50,269 nt of DNA, taken from NCBI GenBank assembly GCA_020350405.1, contig CP070715.1:606856-657124 (forward strand), read 5' to 3'. How positions within the stretch are numbered: the stretch's first letter is position 1; each line of letters opens with the position of its first letter. The notes beneath the pieces are model-generated. The model searched no databases. It was not told where the DNA came from and worked only from the letters and a program-made list of their open reading frames with translations. The translations under genes and the position numbers were made by a program. Source of the DNA: Planctomycetota bacterium. GTDB lineage: Bacteria > Planctomycetota > Phycisphaerae > Sedimentisphaerales > Anaerobacaceae. Of this stretch, positions 27,604-35,578 are shown in pieces.

Positions 27604-29139
27604 TTAACTTTCTTTCACAACCTCATAGCCTAATTCTCTGAGCACCTGCTCAGCAGGGACGCCCAGTTCTTTCTTGATTTGGGCTTCCTTTAGCTTCTCG
27701 AGCACATTTTCAGGCAATGGGCTCGGGAAAATAACATCGATCATTCTGTCTGCACTGCTGGTTTTATAAATGCCGGCTGTGTTAAGTATCTCAAGAACCT
27801 TCCCGCAAATCTTTTTCAGCCCCTCACCGTAAGTAAATATCTTTCGGTCATTCTTTGAGAGCATCCCTATAAGTGTCAATCTGAGAGCCACCCCACTCGT
27901 AAGATGACCTAATCTGGTTTTGATTACCCCAGCTACCACCGGCGTTACACCGCTGGCCTTGTCCATCGCCTCTCTGATTTCTCTGATATGTGAATCCTCG
28001 CTCGGTGTATCTGCGTCACCGCCAAATTCTTTAATTGTTGCCTCCGGATTGTCGGTGTGCCACATTCTCCCTGGTGCCACTGGCTTGTCTTCAAAACCCT
28101 CTATCCCCTTACCCAAATACATCTTAAACGATTGAAAGGTAATCCTGCTCGCCCTGTCACTTAACCTCGTATTGAGCTCATCCTGTAGGGGTATCAGGGG
28201 TTCTACATCACTTGCCCCTTCGTAGTAGTATGGCTGAGCTATATTCTGTATATGTACCACCGGCAAAATTCCCCACGGCAATTCACCTTCCGCCACAAGC
28301 TGCTTGTTCTCATATCTCTGCCACGCCGTTGCCGACGTTATCTCAGTCACCTCAACCACTTCTTGCTCACAACCGCTTCTTTTACCTTGCCAGAGCAGTC
28401 TACCCAAAAAGGAGCCTTTCTTGTCGAGGGAATTCTTCCTCTGGTGGAAGTGCTGAATATAATATCTGATCTTTGTGTAGTCGTTCTCATCAAGGATAGG
28501 CAGTGCTCTCGGTGCTTCAATCAGTTCCAAGCCGATTGTTTGTGTCAATTGCAGCACATCTTCGAGCGGGAGAGTTTGAGAGGAGGAGGAAATGGATTGT
28601 TCTAAGATCTCATTGCCAGGCCTGACGAGACAATCGACAAAACCGTAAACACCTCCAAGCACTGCCATATCGTGAAAAAAACCAATAGCACCGTTAGCCG
28701 AGAACACCGCCTTTAATATAGACTCTATTTCTGCTCGTTTCCGGCTATCCGGTGCCCTGGAAACAAAACTTATCGGTTTTCCAAACAAAAAATCCACTGC
28801 AGCATTTATGCGCCACCCGATATCATTCTCGATAACGACTTCTTTTCGTTGCACCTCCCCCGCGCACCTTCCGCCAAAGACACCTCCCTCTGCCGAGTGA
28901 ACAAGCCCTGTTATTCGTGTAGGTAGTCCGTGTTCCTGCGCCTGAAGATAGCATCGACCCACCTCATTTACTTTCCTGTACAGGGAACTATGTCCGCTCA
29001 CCTCACGCATTGGGTTTGTATAATAGTCCCACAGCTTCGCAAAGTGCCTCTGGGTATCTACCGACCGTTCATCAACAAGCCACTCAATGTAATCCGCCTC
29101 GAGTTGCGGGTCCTTAAAAATACCAACGTCAAATCCCAT
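27604..29139 (-). CDS. Phage portal protein, SPP1 gp6-like
   Basis: 511 aa. Has HFAKLWDYYTN and ENDIGWRINAAVDFLFGKPISF (the portal N-terminal pattern N.ia.....v..l.GkPi). GGGAG RBS upstream of ATG 29139. Confidence 0.7.
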   Translation of the reverse strand: MGFDVGIFKDPQLEADYIEWLVDERSVDTQRHFAKLWDYYTNPMREVSGHSSLYRKVNEVGRCYLQAQEHGLPTRITGLVHSAEGGVFGGRCAGEVQRKEVVIENDIGWRINAAVDFLFGKPISFVSRAPDSRKRAEIESILKAVFSANGAIGFFHDMAVLGGVYGFVDCLVRPGNEILEQSISSSSQTLPLEDVLQLTQTIGLELIEAPRALPILDENDYTKIRYYIQHFHQRKNSLDKKGSFLGRLLWQGKRSGCEQEVVEVTEITSATAWQRYENKQLVAEGELPWGILPVVHIQNIAQPYYYEGASDVEPLIPLQDELNTRLSDRASRITFQSFKMYLGKGIEGFEDKPVAPGRMWHTDNPEATIKEFGGDADTPSEDSHIREIREAMDKASGVTPVVAGVIKTRLGHLTSGVALRLTLIGMLSKNDRKIFTYGEGLKKICGKVLEILNTAGIYKTSSADRMIDVIFPSPLPENVLEKLKEAQIKKELGVPAEQVLRELGYEVVKES

Positions 29140-29680
29140 ACTAGGCTCCCATTTCTCGGGGTTCCCATCTTGCTATCTTTTCGCAAAATGAAGGCTCTGG
29201 AGCAAAGCTCTGACCACCTCAGGGCAACTATCATCGCTGCCACCATTTGTGCAACCCGCGCAATTGTTGCGAAAAAAAGAACGGTTTCATCATCGCGTTT
29301 TGAGCTAAGTCCTTAGGGTACAAGAAGTAAAATTTTCTCAAATTTTTCGATGATACCACCCAACCCACGCGCACTTTTGATTGAAACGCCGTTTCCCCTC
29401 CGGCGCTGCAAACGTTGAAAACGAATACCAAATAATTTTGCTCTGTCGGTAAGGACAGGATGCGTAGCTCTTCTCAGCAGATGCGGGGCAAGAGTTCCAA
29501 GAGGTGCTATGTGATGAGGATAATGAGAAATTGCACGCCGGCCGCAGCCTTAAAACTCGCATTCTTGCCTATGACAGACCGCGACAAAACCGAACAAGTG
29601 AAAGTCTAGGCAAAATAAGCTAACTCTAATGCTTCTTTAATTTCTCTCCCAATGGGCCTGCTGACACATCGCTGCTTGGA

Positions 29681-29956
29681 TTAAAATGTAATTTTGAAGT
29701 TTGTGCACTGTGGGTCTATGGGGATTTCTTCAATTTTAGAATCTGTGACGTAACCGCTAAAGAATTCACTAATGTCACGGATACAGTCAGATACGTCGTC
29801 AGCATTGCCCTGGATGACCATCTCGACGGTACCGTCGGATAAATTGCGGACCCATCCCACCAGTTGATAACGGCTCGCTATATTGTGAGCCGTGAAGCGA
29901 AAGCCGACTCCCTGCACCCGCCCGCTAAAAATTATGTGTTTGGTGGTCTCGCCCAT
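29681..29956 (-). CDS. acyP: Acylphosphatase
   Basis: FSGRVQGVGFRFTAHNIASRYQLVGWVRNLSDGTVEMVIQG is the canonical acylphosphatase signature. 91 aa. Confidence 0.9.
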   Translation of the reverse strand: MGETTKHIIFSGRVQGVGFRFTAHNIASRYQLVGWVRNLSDGTVEMVIQGNADDVSDCIRDISEFFSGYVTDSKIEEIPIDPQCTNFKITF

Positions 29957-30077
29957 TATAGTCTTTATACTAACCTAAAATAATTTGCACCTCAAGGTCA
30001 CGGTCCCGGAATAAATTAAAGTTCAGATAAGGCTCCAAATCGAGTATAATCCTTCAAATTTCTAAAAGTATTTAATT

Positions 30078-31364
30078 ATGGCAAAGAAAACAACCAGACA
30101 AACTGAAAGGGCCGAGCAGATTTACCAGCTCATTACGCTTGTAGCAGGCAATTTCTCGCTTCAGGAGGTCCTTGATAAGCTCGCCGAAGCGGCCGTGAGG
30201 ATAACGGCTGTCAAAGCTTGTTCTATTAGACTTCTGGACGAGGATGCTGGTGACCTGAAGATGCGAAGCACCTACGGCCTGAGTGAACAGTACCGCAATA
30301 AAGGCGTCGTCTCAAAAGAAGACCCCGTAGTGAAAGCAGCATTTGCAGACCAAGCGGTCGTGCTGGACGATATGCGCGTTGATAGCCGAGTGAAATATCA
30401 CCGGGCAACTATCGAAGAGGGGCTTGTCAGCCAGCTTACCGTTGCCATGAAATTCAGAGACAAACCAATCGGCGTGCTTCGGCTCTATAGCCCGAAGCCA
30501 AAATGCTTTGAAGAAGACGACATTAATCTTGCAAGAGCCGTCGCCTCGCAGTGCGCCGTGGCCATTACAAACGCAAAACTATATTCAGAAGCCATTGAGG
30601 GGCAGCGCATTGCTGAACAAATGCGGCTGGCAGGAACCATTCAGCGAAGAATGATTCCCCGGGAATCACCGGTGATACCTGGGCTGGATATAGCAGCCGA
30701 TTATATACCATGTTTTGATGTCGGCGGTGACTTCTACGATTTCCTTCGGATAAGTCACGCTTGCATTGGACTGGCAATCGCTGATGTCATAGGAAAAGGA
30801 ATTCCAGCTGCAATAATGACAAGTTCGTTTCGAGGAGCTTTACGGGCCTACGCTGACAGCAAAAGCGGAGAAAATACTGTTGAAGGAATTATCAAGAAAC
30901 TCAACAAAACGGCGTGTAGCGAGTGCGAAGACGGCGAGTTTGTTTCTTTGTTCTATGCAATCATCGATGTTAAAGCTATGACTATAACCTACTGCAACTG
31001 CGGACATGACCCCACGGTATTGATAAGAGGCGCGGAAATTATGGAATTGGAAAAAGGTGGACTTGTGCTCGGTCTCAAACCACAGGCCGAATATGAGACT
31101 GCAACATTGCATCTTAAAGACGGGGACTGTTTGCTTTTCTATACTGACGGCTTGACTGATGCAGTTAACTTTGATGGCCAGTTTTGGGGCAGAAAGAATC
31201 TGCTCGAAATCGCAAAAAAGTTCATTAACGACCCGGCCGAACATATGGTCAAAAGTATCCTTGGTTACAGAAGGCGTTTTGTGGGACTTGCTCATCAAAG
31301 TGATGATACAAGTATCCTTGTTGTAAAGGTACATAAGGCAACAACACCGGAGCTTGAGGCTTAG
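30078..31364 (+). CDS. GAF domain-containing PP2C/SpoIIE-family serine phosphatase (RsbU-like)
   Basis: N-terminal GAF-like region. The PP2C core has GGDFYDF, IADVIGKGIPAA, CNCGHDP, LFYTDGLTDA and DDTSILVVK. Confidence 0.85.
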   Translation: MAKKTTRQTERAEQIYQLITLVAGNFSLQEVLDKLAEAAVRITAVKACSIRLLDEDAGDLKMRSTYGLSEQYRNKGVVSKEDPVVKAAFADQAVVLDDMRVDSRVKYHRATIEEGLVSQLTVAMKFRDKPIGVLRLYSPKPKCFEEDDINLARAVASQCAVAITNAKLYSEAIEGQRIAEQMRLAGTIQRRMIPRESPVIPGLDIAADYIPCFDVGGDFYDFLRISHACIGLAIADVIGKGIPAAIMTSSFRGALRAYADSKSGENTVEGIIKKLNKTACSECEDGEFVSLFYAIIDVKAMTITYCNCGHDPTVLIRGAEIMELEKGGLVLGLKPQAEYETATLHLKDGDCLLFYTDGLTDAVNFDGQFWGRKNLLEIAKKFINDPAEHMVKSILGYRRRFVGLAHQSDDTSILVVKVHKATTPELEA

Positions 31365-31376
31365 ATCGTTTTTAGA

Positions 31377-32063
31377 GTGGCGAGTTTGATTGTTACAATT
31401 GATGGCCCTGCGGCAAGCGGCAAAAGCACAGTCGCTCGACTGCTGGCTGAAAAGCTCCGAGCCAGCTTTCTCGATACCGGTGCGATGTACCGGGCCGTTA
31501 CACTGGCAGCATTGAAGGCTGGAGCAGACATTACCGACCAGGACCAATTGCTTAGCATTTTGACAAACAGCGATTTTAAATTTGCCGTAAAAGAAGGAAA
31601 AATGATCGTCTCTATTGATGGTGTCGATGTTACCGAGCAGATACGCGACGCCAAGGTTACTGCTAACGCTCGAAATATTGCCTCAGCGGAAAAACTACGC
31701 GAAAGATTGGTACACATGCAGAGACAATTTGCAGCCAAAGAGAAAAAAATCATTACCGAGGGCAGAGATCAGGGCACAGTGGCATTCCCCAACGCCAATA
31801 TTAAATTCTATCTCATAGCTGACCCACTCGAAAGAGCAAGGAGAAGACAGGCTGAATTAAAGACTAAGGGCAGCAGCGAAAATCTCGAGAAAATAAAAAT
31901 GGCCATCGAAGAAAGAGACAAAAGCGACCAAGCCAGAGCTGCAGGCCCGTTAAAACCAGCAACCGACGCCATTGTTGTTGATACTACCCATTTGACTATA
32001 GAAGAAGTTGTAGAAAAACTTCTGGATCGTGTAGAAGAATGTCTAAAAAAAGACCAAAGATGA
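31377..32063 (+). CDS. cmk: Cytidylate kinase
   Basis: IVTIDGPAASGKSTVARLLA P-loop, LDTGAMYRA, EGRDQGTVAFP. GTG start at 31377. Confidence 0.9.
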   Translation: MASLIVTIDGPAASGKSTVARLLAEKLRASFLDTGAMYRAVTLAALKAGADITDQDQLLSILTNSDFKFAVKEGKMIVSIDGVDVTEQIRDAKVTANARNIASAEKLRERLVHMQRQFAAKEKKIITEGRDQGTVAFPNANIKFYLIADPLERARRRQAELKTKGSSENLEKIKMAIEERDKSDQARAAGPLKPATDAIVVDTTHLTIEEVVEKLLDRVEECLKKDQR

Positions 32064-32695
32064 TATGGTTCCGGTTTGCACGAATGCTCTGCAGAATCTT
32101 TTGCAGACTGTTCTTCCATTTACGCGTTTACGCCGTGGAAAATGTCCCCGGCCAAGGCGCTCTTGTTCTGGTCAGTAACCACCAGAGCTTTCTTGACCCG
32201 ATATTTTGTGGAGTGCCTTTGAAGAGACCTTTGTATTTTCTTGCACGTGATACACTTTTTACTAATCAGTTCTTCGGACGGCTGCTCTCCTCGGTCAATA
32301 CTATTCCGGTCAGAAGAGGCCAAGCCGATCTGGCGGCCATCAAGACAGTTGTCGCCAAACTTAAGGAAGGTAACGGAGTCTGTCTCTTCCCGGAAGCTAC
32401 GCGCACCAGCGATGGGAAAATAACGCCCTTCAAGCCCGGCTTCGGACTTTTGTGCAGACGTGGAGAGGCTGCAGTTGTACCGGTGGTGATTGATGGAGCC
32501 TTTGAATGCTGGCCCAGACACAAGAAGGTGTTCTCACCGGGAAAAGAAATCACTGTCTGCTACGGAGAATGCATAACAGCCAAACAAGTAAAAAATATGA
32601 ACGACAGAGAACTCGCAGAGAACTTAACTAATACGCTGCGGCAAATGCAGAACGACTGCCGCATCAGGCACGGTAAGGAACCGCTTAAATATTGA
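32039..32695 (+). CDS. plsC: 1-acyl-sn-glycerol-3-phosphate acyltransferase
   Basis: VSNHQSFLDP (HxxxxD) and FPEATRTSDG motifs. The alternative start ATG 32060 forms an ATGA overlap with the cmk stop. Confidence 0.85.
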   Translation: MSKKRPKMIWFRFARMLCRIFCRLFFHLRVYAVENVPGQGALVLVSNHQSFLDPIFCGVPLKRPLYFLARDTLFTNQFFGRLLSSVNTIPVRRGQADLAAIKTVVAKLKEGNGVCLFPEATRTSDGKITPFKPGFGLLCRRGEAAVVPVVIDGAFECWPRHKKVFSPGKEITVCYGECITAKQVKNMNDRELAENLTNTLRQMQNDCRIRHGKEPLKY

Positions 32696-32827
32696 TTGAG
32701 TGCCCATTTTTGGGACCTTTTGCTAAAATGTCGACTCTTGTTTCTTGCCTATTTGACGTGATCAATCTTAGGCGGCGAGTACGACGTAATCTGATAAGGT
32801 AATCTTGTTGGAGGAAAGGAAAGGAGA

Positions 32828-34024
32828 ATGGCAAAAGATATGGAACGATTATATACTGAGCGACTCAGGCGATACATCACAGCAATGAGGAATGAAAAAC
32901 CGGATAAAATTCCGATCCGTCCGTTTGTCGCCGAATTTACGGCCAAATACGCTGGCTATACCTGCCAAGAAGTGACCCACGATTTCGAAAAGGCCTTTGA
33001 TGCCGCTCGTAAGTGCGCAGCTGATTTCGACTGGGACGCCGTCGTCGCAAATATGGTCTATGTTTGGACCGGGCTAACACAGGCCATCGGAATAAAGTAC
33101 TATGCCATTCCCGGAATCGACCTCTCGCAGGACACCCCATTTCAGTACCGTGAACCGCCTGAGGACACTGCATTTATGAAACCGGACGAATACGACCAGC
33201 TCATTGAAGACCCGACCGGATTCTTGTTCAATGTCTGGCTCCCACGTGTCTCGGCAGACGTAAGCCCGATAGATGAACCGACTTCCTTTCGCAGCAATCT
33301 GTCATTTTTGAAGGGCGGTATGGCAATGATGAAGTACTTCGCTGCGTTTGGAACACAGAATGCATTGTTGCGGTCCGAGTCTGGAACCGTTTCGGCCATC
33401 TCAGGCATTCTAAAGGCACCCTTTGATATTCTTGCCGATAAGTTGCGCGGCTACATCGGCCTGACTATGGACCTGTTCCAGTGCCCGGACAAAGTGCTCG
33501 CCGCCTGTGAGGCCCTGATGCCACATCTAACACACGTCGCCCTTTCCAGTGCTGACCCAGATAAGAACGTCCCTATTGGTTTCTGGATGCATCGCGGATG
33601 CGTGCCCTTCATCTCACATGAGCATTTCAATAAGCTCTATTGGCCGACACTCAAGCCGATCATCGAGGAAATCTGGTCCCATGGCCATCAGGTTCTGTTT
33701 TACGCCGAGGGTGACTGGAACGCTCATCTCAAATCCTTCACCGAGTTGCCGGATCAGGCAATCGTTTATCACGTCGATAAGGCCGATATCTTCGAGGCTC
33801 ACAAGACGATTGGACATAAATTTTGTATCAGCGGCGGAATCCCCAACTTTCTGTTGGGCTTCGGCACGCCGAACGAAGTACGTGACTATTGCAGGAAAGT
33901 GATTGACGGCGTTGCCAAAGAGGGTGGCTATATAATGGACGCCAGCGCTATCATACAGGATGATGCCAACGTCGAAAATATAAAGGCCATGACCGACTTC
34001 ACCCGCGAATACGGAGTATACTAA
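32828..34024 (+). CDS. Uroporphyrinogen decarboxylase (URO-D) family protein, second paralogue
   Basis: 398 aa. Overall URO-D-family layout with a C-terminal GGYIMDASAIIQDD-type end. AGGAAAGGAAAGGAGA RBS upstream. Confidence 0.65.
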   Translation: MAKDMERLYTERLRRYITAMRNEKPDKIPIRPFVAEFTAKYAGYTCQEVTHDFEKAFDAARKCAADFDWDAVVANMVYVWTGLTQAIGIKYYAIPGIDLSQDTPFQYREPPEDTAFMKPDEYDQLIEDPTGFLFNVWLPRVSADVSPIDEPTSFRSNLSFLKGGMAMMKYFAAFGTQNALLRSESGTVSAISGILKAPFDILADKLRGYIGLTMDLFQCPDKVLAACEALMPHLTHVALSSADPDKNVPIGFWMHRGCVPFISHEHFNKLYWPTLKPIIEEIWSHGHQVLFYAEGDWNAHLKSFTELPDQAIVYHVDKADIFEAHKTIGHKFCISGGIPNFLLGFGTPNEVRDYCRKVIDGVAKEGGYIMDASAIIQDDANVENIKAMTDFTREYGVY

Positions 34025-34084
34025 TTAATGATTTAAGTGATTGAACACAATTATCGATAATTGATTATTTAGGGAGCTATTCAC

Positions 34085-34255
34085 GTGACCAAAAAACAAA
34101 AGATTGAAGTAAAACCGGGTACTTGTATCCCATGGGAGCAGAAGCTCAAGGAGATACCTGAGATTTCGGGAGATAAGACACTCACCCGGGAAGTGTGGGA
34201 AGATATTGATGCACTTGGCTATATGTACATCTGGCAGTGTCTGCTCTCGTTCTGA
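34085..34255 (+). CDS. Candidate small ORF (56 aa), unverified
   Basis: GTG at 34085 is preceded by TAGGGAGC (RBS-like). Reads (M)TKKQKIEVKPGTCIPWEQKLKEIPEISGDKTLTREVWEDIDALGYMYIWQCLLSF. It is below the 60-aa ORF-track cutoff. Confidence 0.25.
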   Translation: MTKKQKIEVKPGTCIPWEQKLKEIPEISGDKTLTREVWEDIDALGYMYIWQCLLSF

Positions 34256-34505
34256 GATGGAAATGTCGGTGACGCTGAGAAAGAGCCAGGCCGTCATCAA
34301 AGCCGCTGAGGTTCGGTCCTGAATATATGATAATGATGGAAGACGCATAAAGGGTGGCTGAGTAGCGGCTCCGGCTTTCTGGGCTTCTTGAAAGTAAAAA
34401 AATCCGGTTGTAGAGAAAGGCGTAGTTCCCAAAAAGAATCGCAATATGAGTCCAAGACCTAAACACAACAAAAGCATTTGGGTCTGTGTCATCAATTGAA
34501 TAGCT

Positions 34506-35354
34506 ATGAAAGTCATAGTTGCAGAAAAGTCTGGTTTTTGTCAGGGCGTTAAAAACGCCATCAGTACAGCCGAGACGATACTGGCGTCCGAGCCAGGCCC
34601 CATCTATAGCCTCGGGCCTATCATCCATAATAAAGACGTGGTCCGACGATTGAAAAAAGCTGGACTAATTATGGCTAATAGCGTGAAACAGATTCAGGCA
34701 GGGACCGTTATCATCCGTTCTCACGGGGCTGTCCCTGAGCATATGGCCGAGCTTAAACAAAGAGGGCTCAAAATCGTTGATGCCACCTGCATATTGGTTA
34801 AAAGATTACAAACAATAGCCAAAGAACTCGAAAAGGCAGATTATAAAGTAGTGATTATTGGGGACGAGAATCATCCGGAGATTCAAGCTGTTATGGGCTG
34901 TGCAACGGATGTTGTCGTCGTTGCTGACGAGAAGGATCTACACAAGTTGCCCAAGAATGCTAAATTAGGGGTCGTCTGTCAGACCACCGAAAGCCCCGAG
35001 CACCTAAGCGCGATGCTTGGCGCCGTAGCTAAGGTGGGCTTTCGGGAATTGAAAGTAATCAATACTTTGTGCAAAGAAGCTGTAAAGAGGCAGAAGTCCG
35101 CCGTGAAATTGTGCAAACAGGTGGATATAATGTTCGTACTCGGAGACTTGGAAAGTGCTAATACGCGGAGGTTGGCCGAGCTTTGCAAAAAATATAATAA
35201 ACAAACATTTCACTTGCAAAATTGGAATGAACTTGATAAAAATATACTTTCCGGCAAAAATATAGCGGGCGTTACAGCAGGAGCCTCGACGCCTGAATGG
35301 ATAATAGCCAGATTTGTCGAAAATTTAGCGGCTTTTGGCAATAGCGCCGCCTGA
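34506..35354 (+). CDS. ispH: 4-hydroxy-3-methylbut-2-enyl diphosphate reductase
   Basis: MKVIVAEKSGFCQGVKNAI, GPIIHN, RSHG, DATC..V, CQTT, NTLC and SANTRRL are the canonical IspH/LytB motifs with three Cys ligands. Confidence 0.92.
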   Translation: MKVIVAEKSGFCQGVKNAISTAETILASEPGPIYSLGPIIHNKDVVRRLKKAGLIMANSVKQIQAGTVIIRSHGAVPEHMAELKQRGLKIVDATCILVKRLQTIAKELEKADYKVVIIGDENHPEIQAVMGCATDVVVVADEKDLHKLPKNAKLGVVCQTTESPEHLSAMLGAVAKVGFRELKVINTLCKEAVKRQKSAVKLCKQVDIMFVLGDLESANTRRLAELCKKYNKQTFHLQNWNELDKNILSGKNIAGVTAGASTPEWIIARFVENLAAFGNSAA

Positions 35355-35578
35355 GGCAGCGTTGCCGCAAAAACTCTGATCGTCAGGATGCACTGTGCAT
35401 TGGCTGCGTAGGCCAATGCGTTTTTATAAATGATTAACCAGAAATTTTGGATTTGTGCAGTGTAGCACAGGGACCTCTTGGCGTAAATGTGGGGCGCCAA
35501 AAGGCCTGAAGCTGACCCATTTGCTATCCTTAACAAAGTGGGAAGTCGGGAACAGACTGCACAGAGGAATTTGAGTTT

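Larger units (their letters stand above)
17651..29139 (-). mobile_element. Phage-derived structural gene island: 14 co-oriented ORFs with head module plus short-tail/baseplate-like module. No terminase, integrase, replication or lysis-enzyme genes.
   Basis: Portal-scaffold-major capsid order, tight spacing (1-nt overlaps to 128-nt gaps), chromosomal genes on both flanks, and an AT-rich distal end by spot counts. Confidence 0.65.

Noticed and set aside
29231-29562. 66-aa and 74-aa minus-strand ORFs upstream of the portal, considered as terminase remnants
   Set aside because: They have no Walker A/B or nuclease-like motifs, and their composition is hydrophobic or Cys/Ser-rich. They are far too short. 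I cannot exclude highly degraded remnants without a profile search.
30840-31753. 235-aa and 130-aa minus-strand ORFs opposite the GAF-PP2C and cmk genes
   Set aside because: These are shadow frames of motif-supported plus-strand genes, with no RBS or motif support.
34025-34628. 163-aa and 148-aa minus-strand ORFs in the URO-D/ispH gap
   Set aside because: They overlap each other and the ispH start. The translations are irregular and hydrophobic with no start context, so they are likely spurious.
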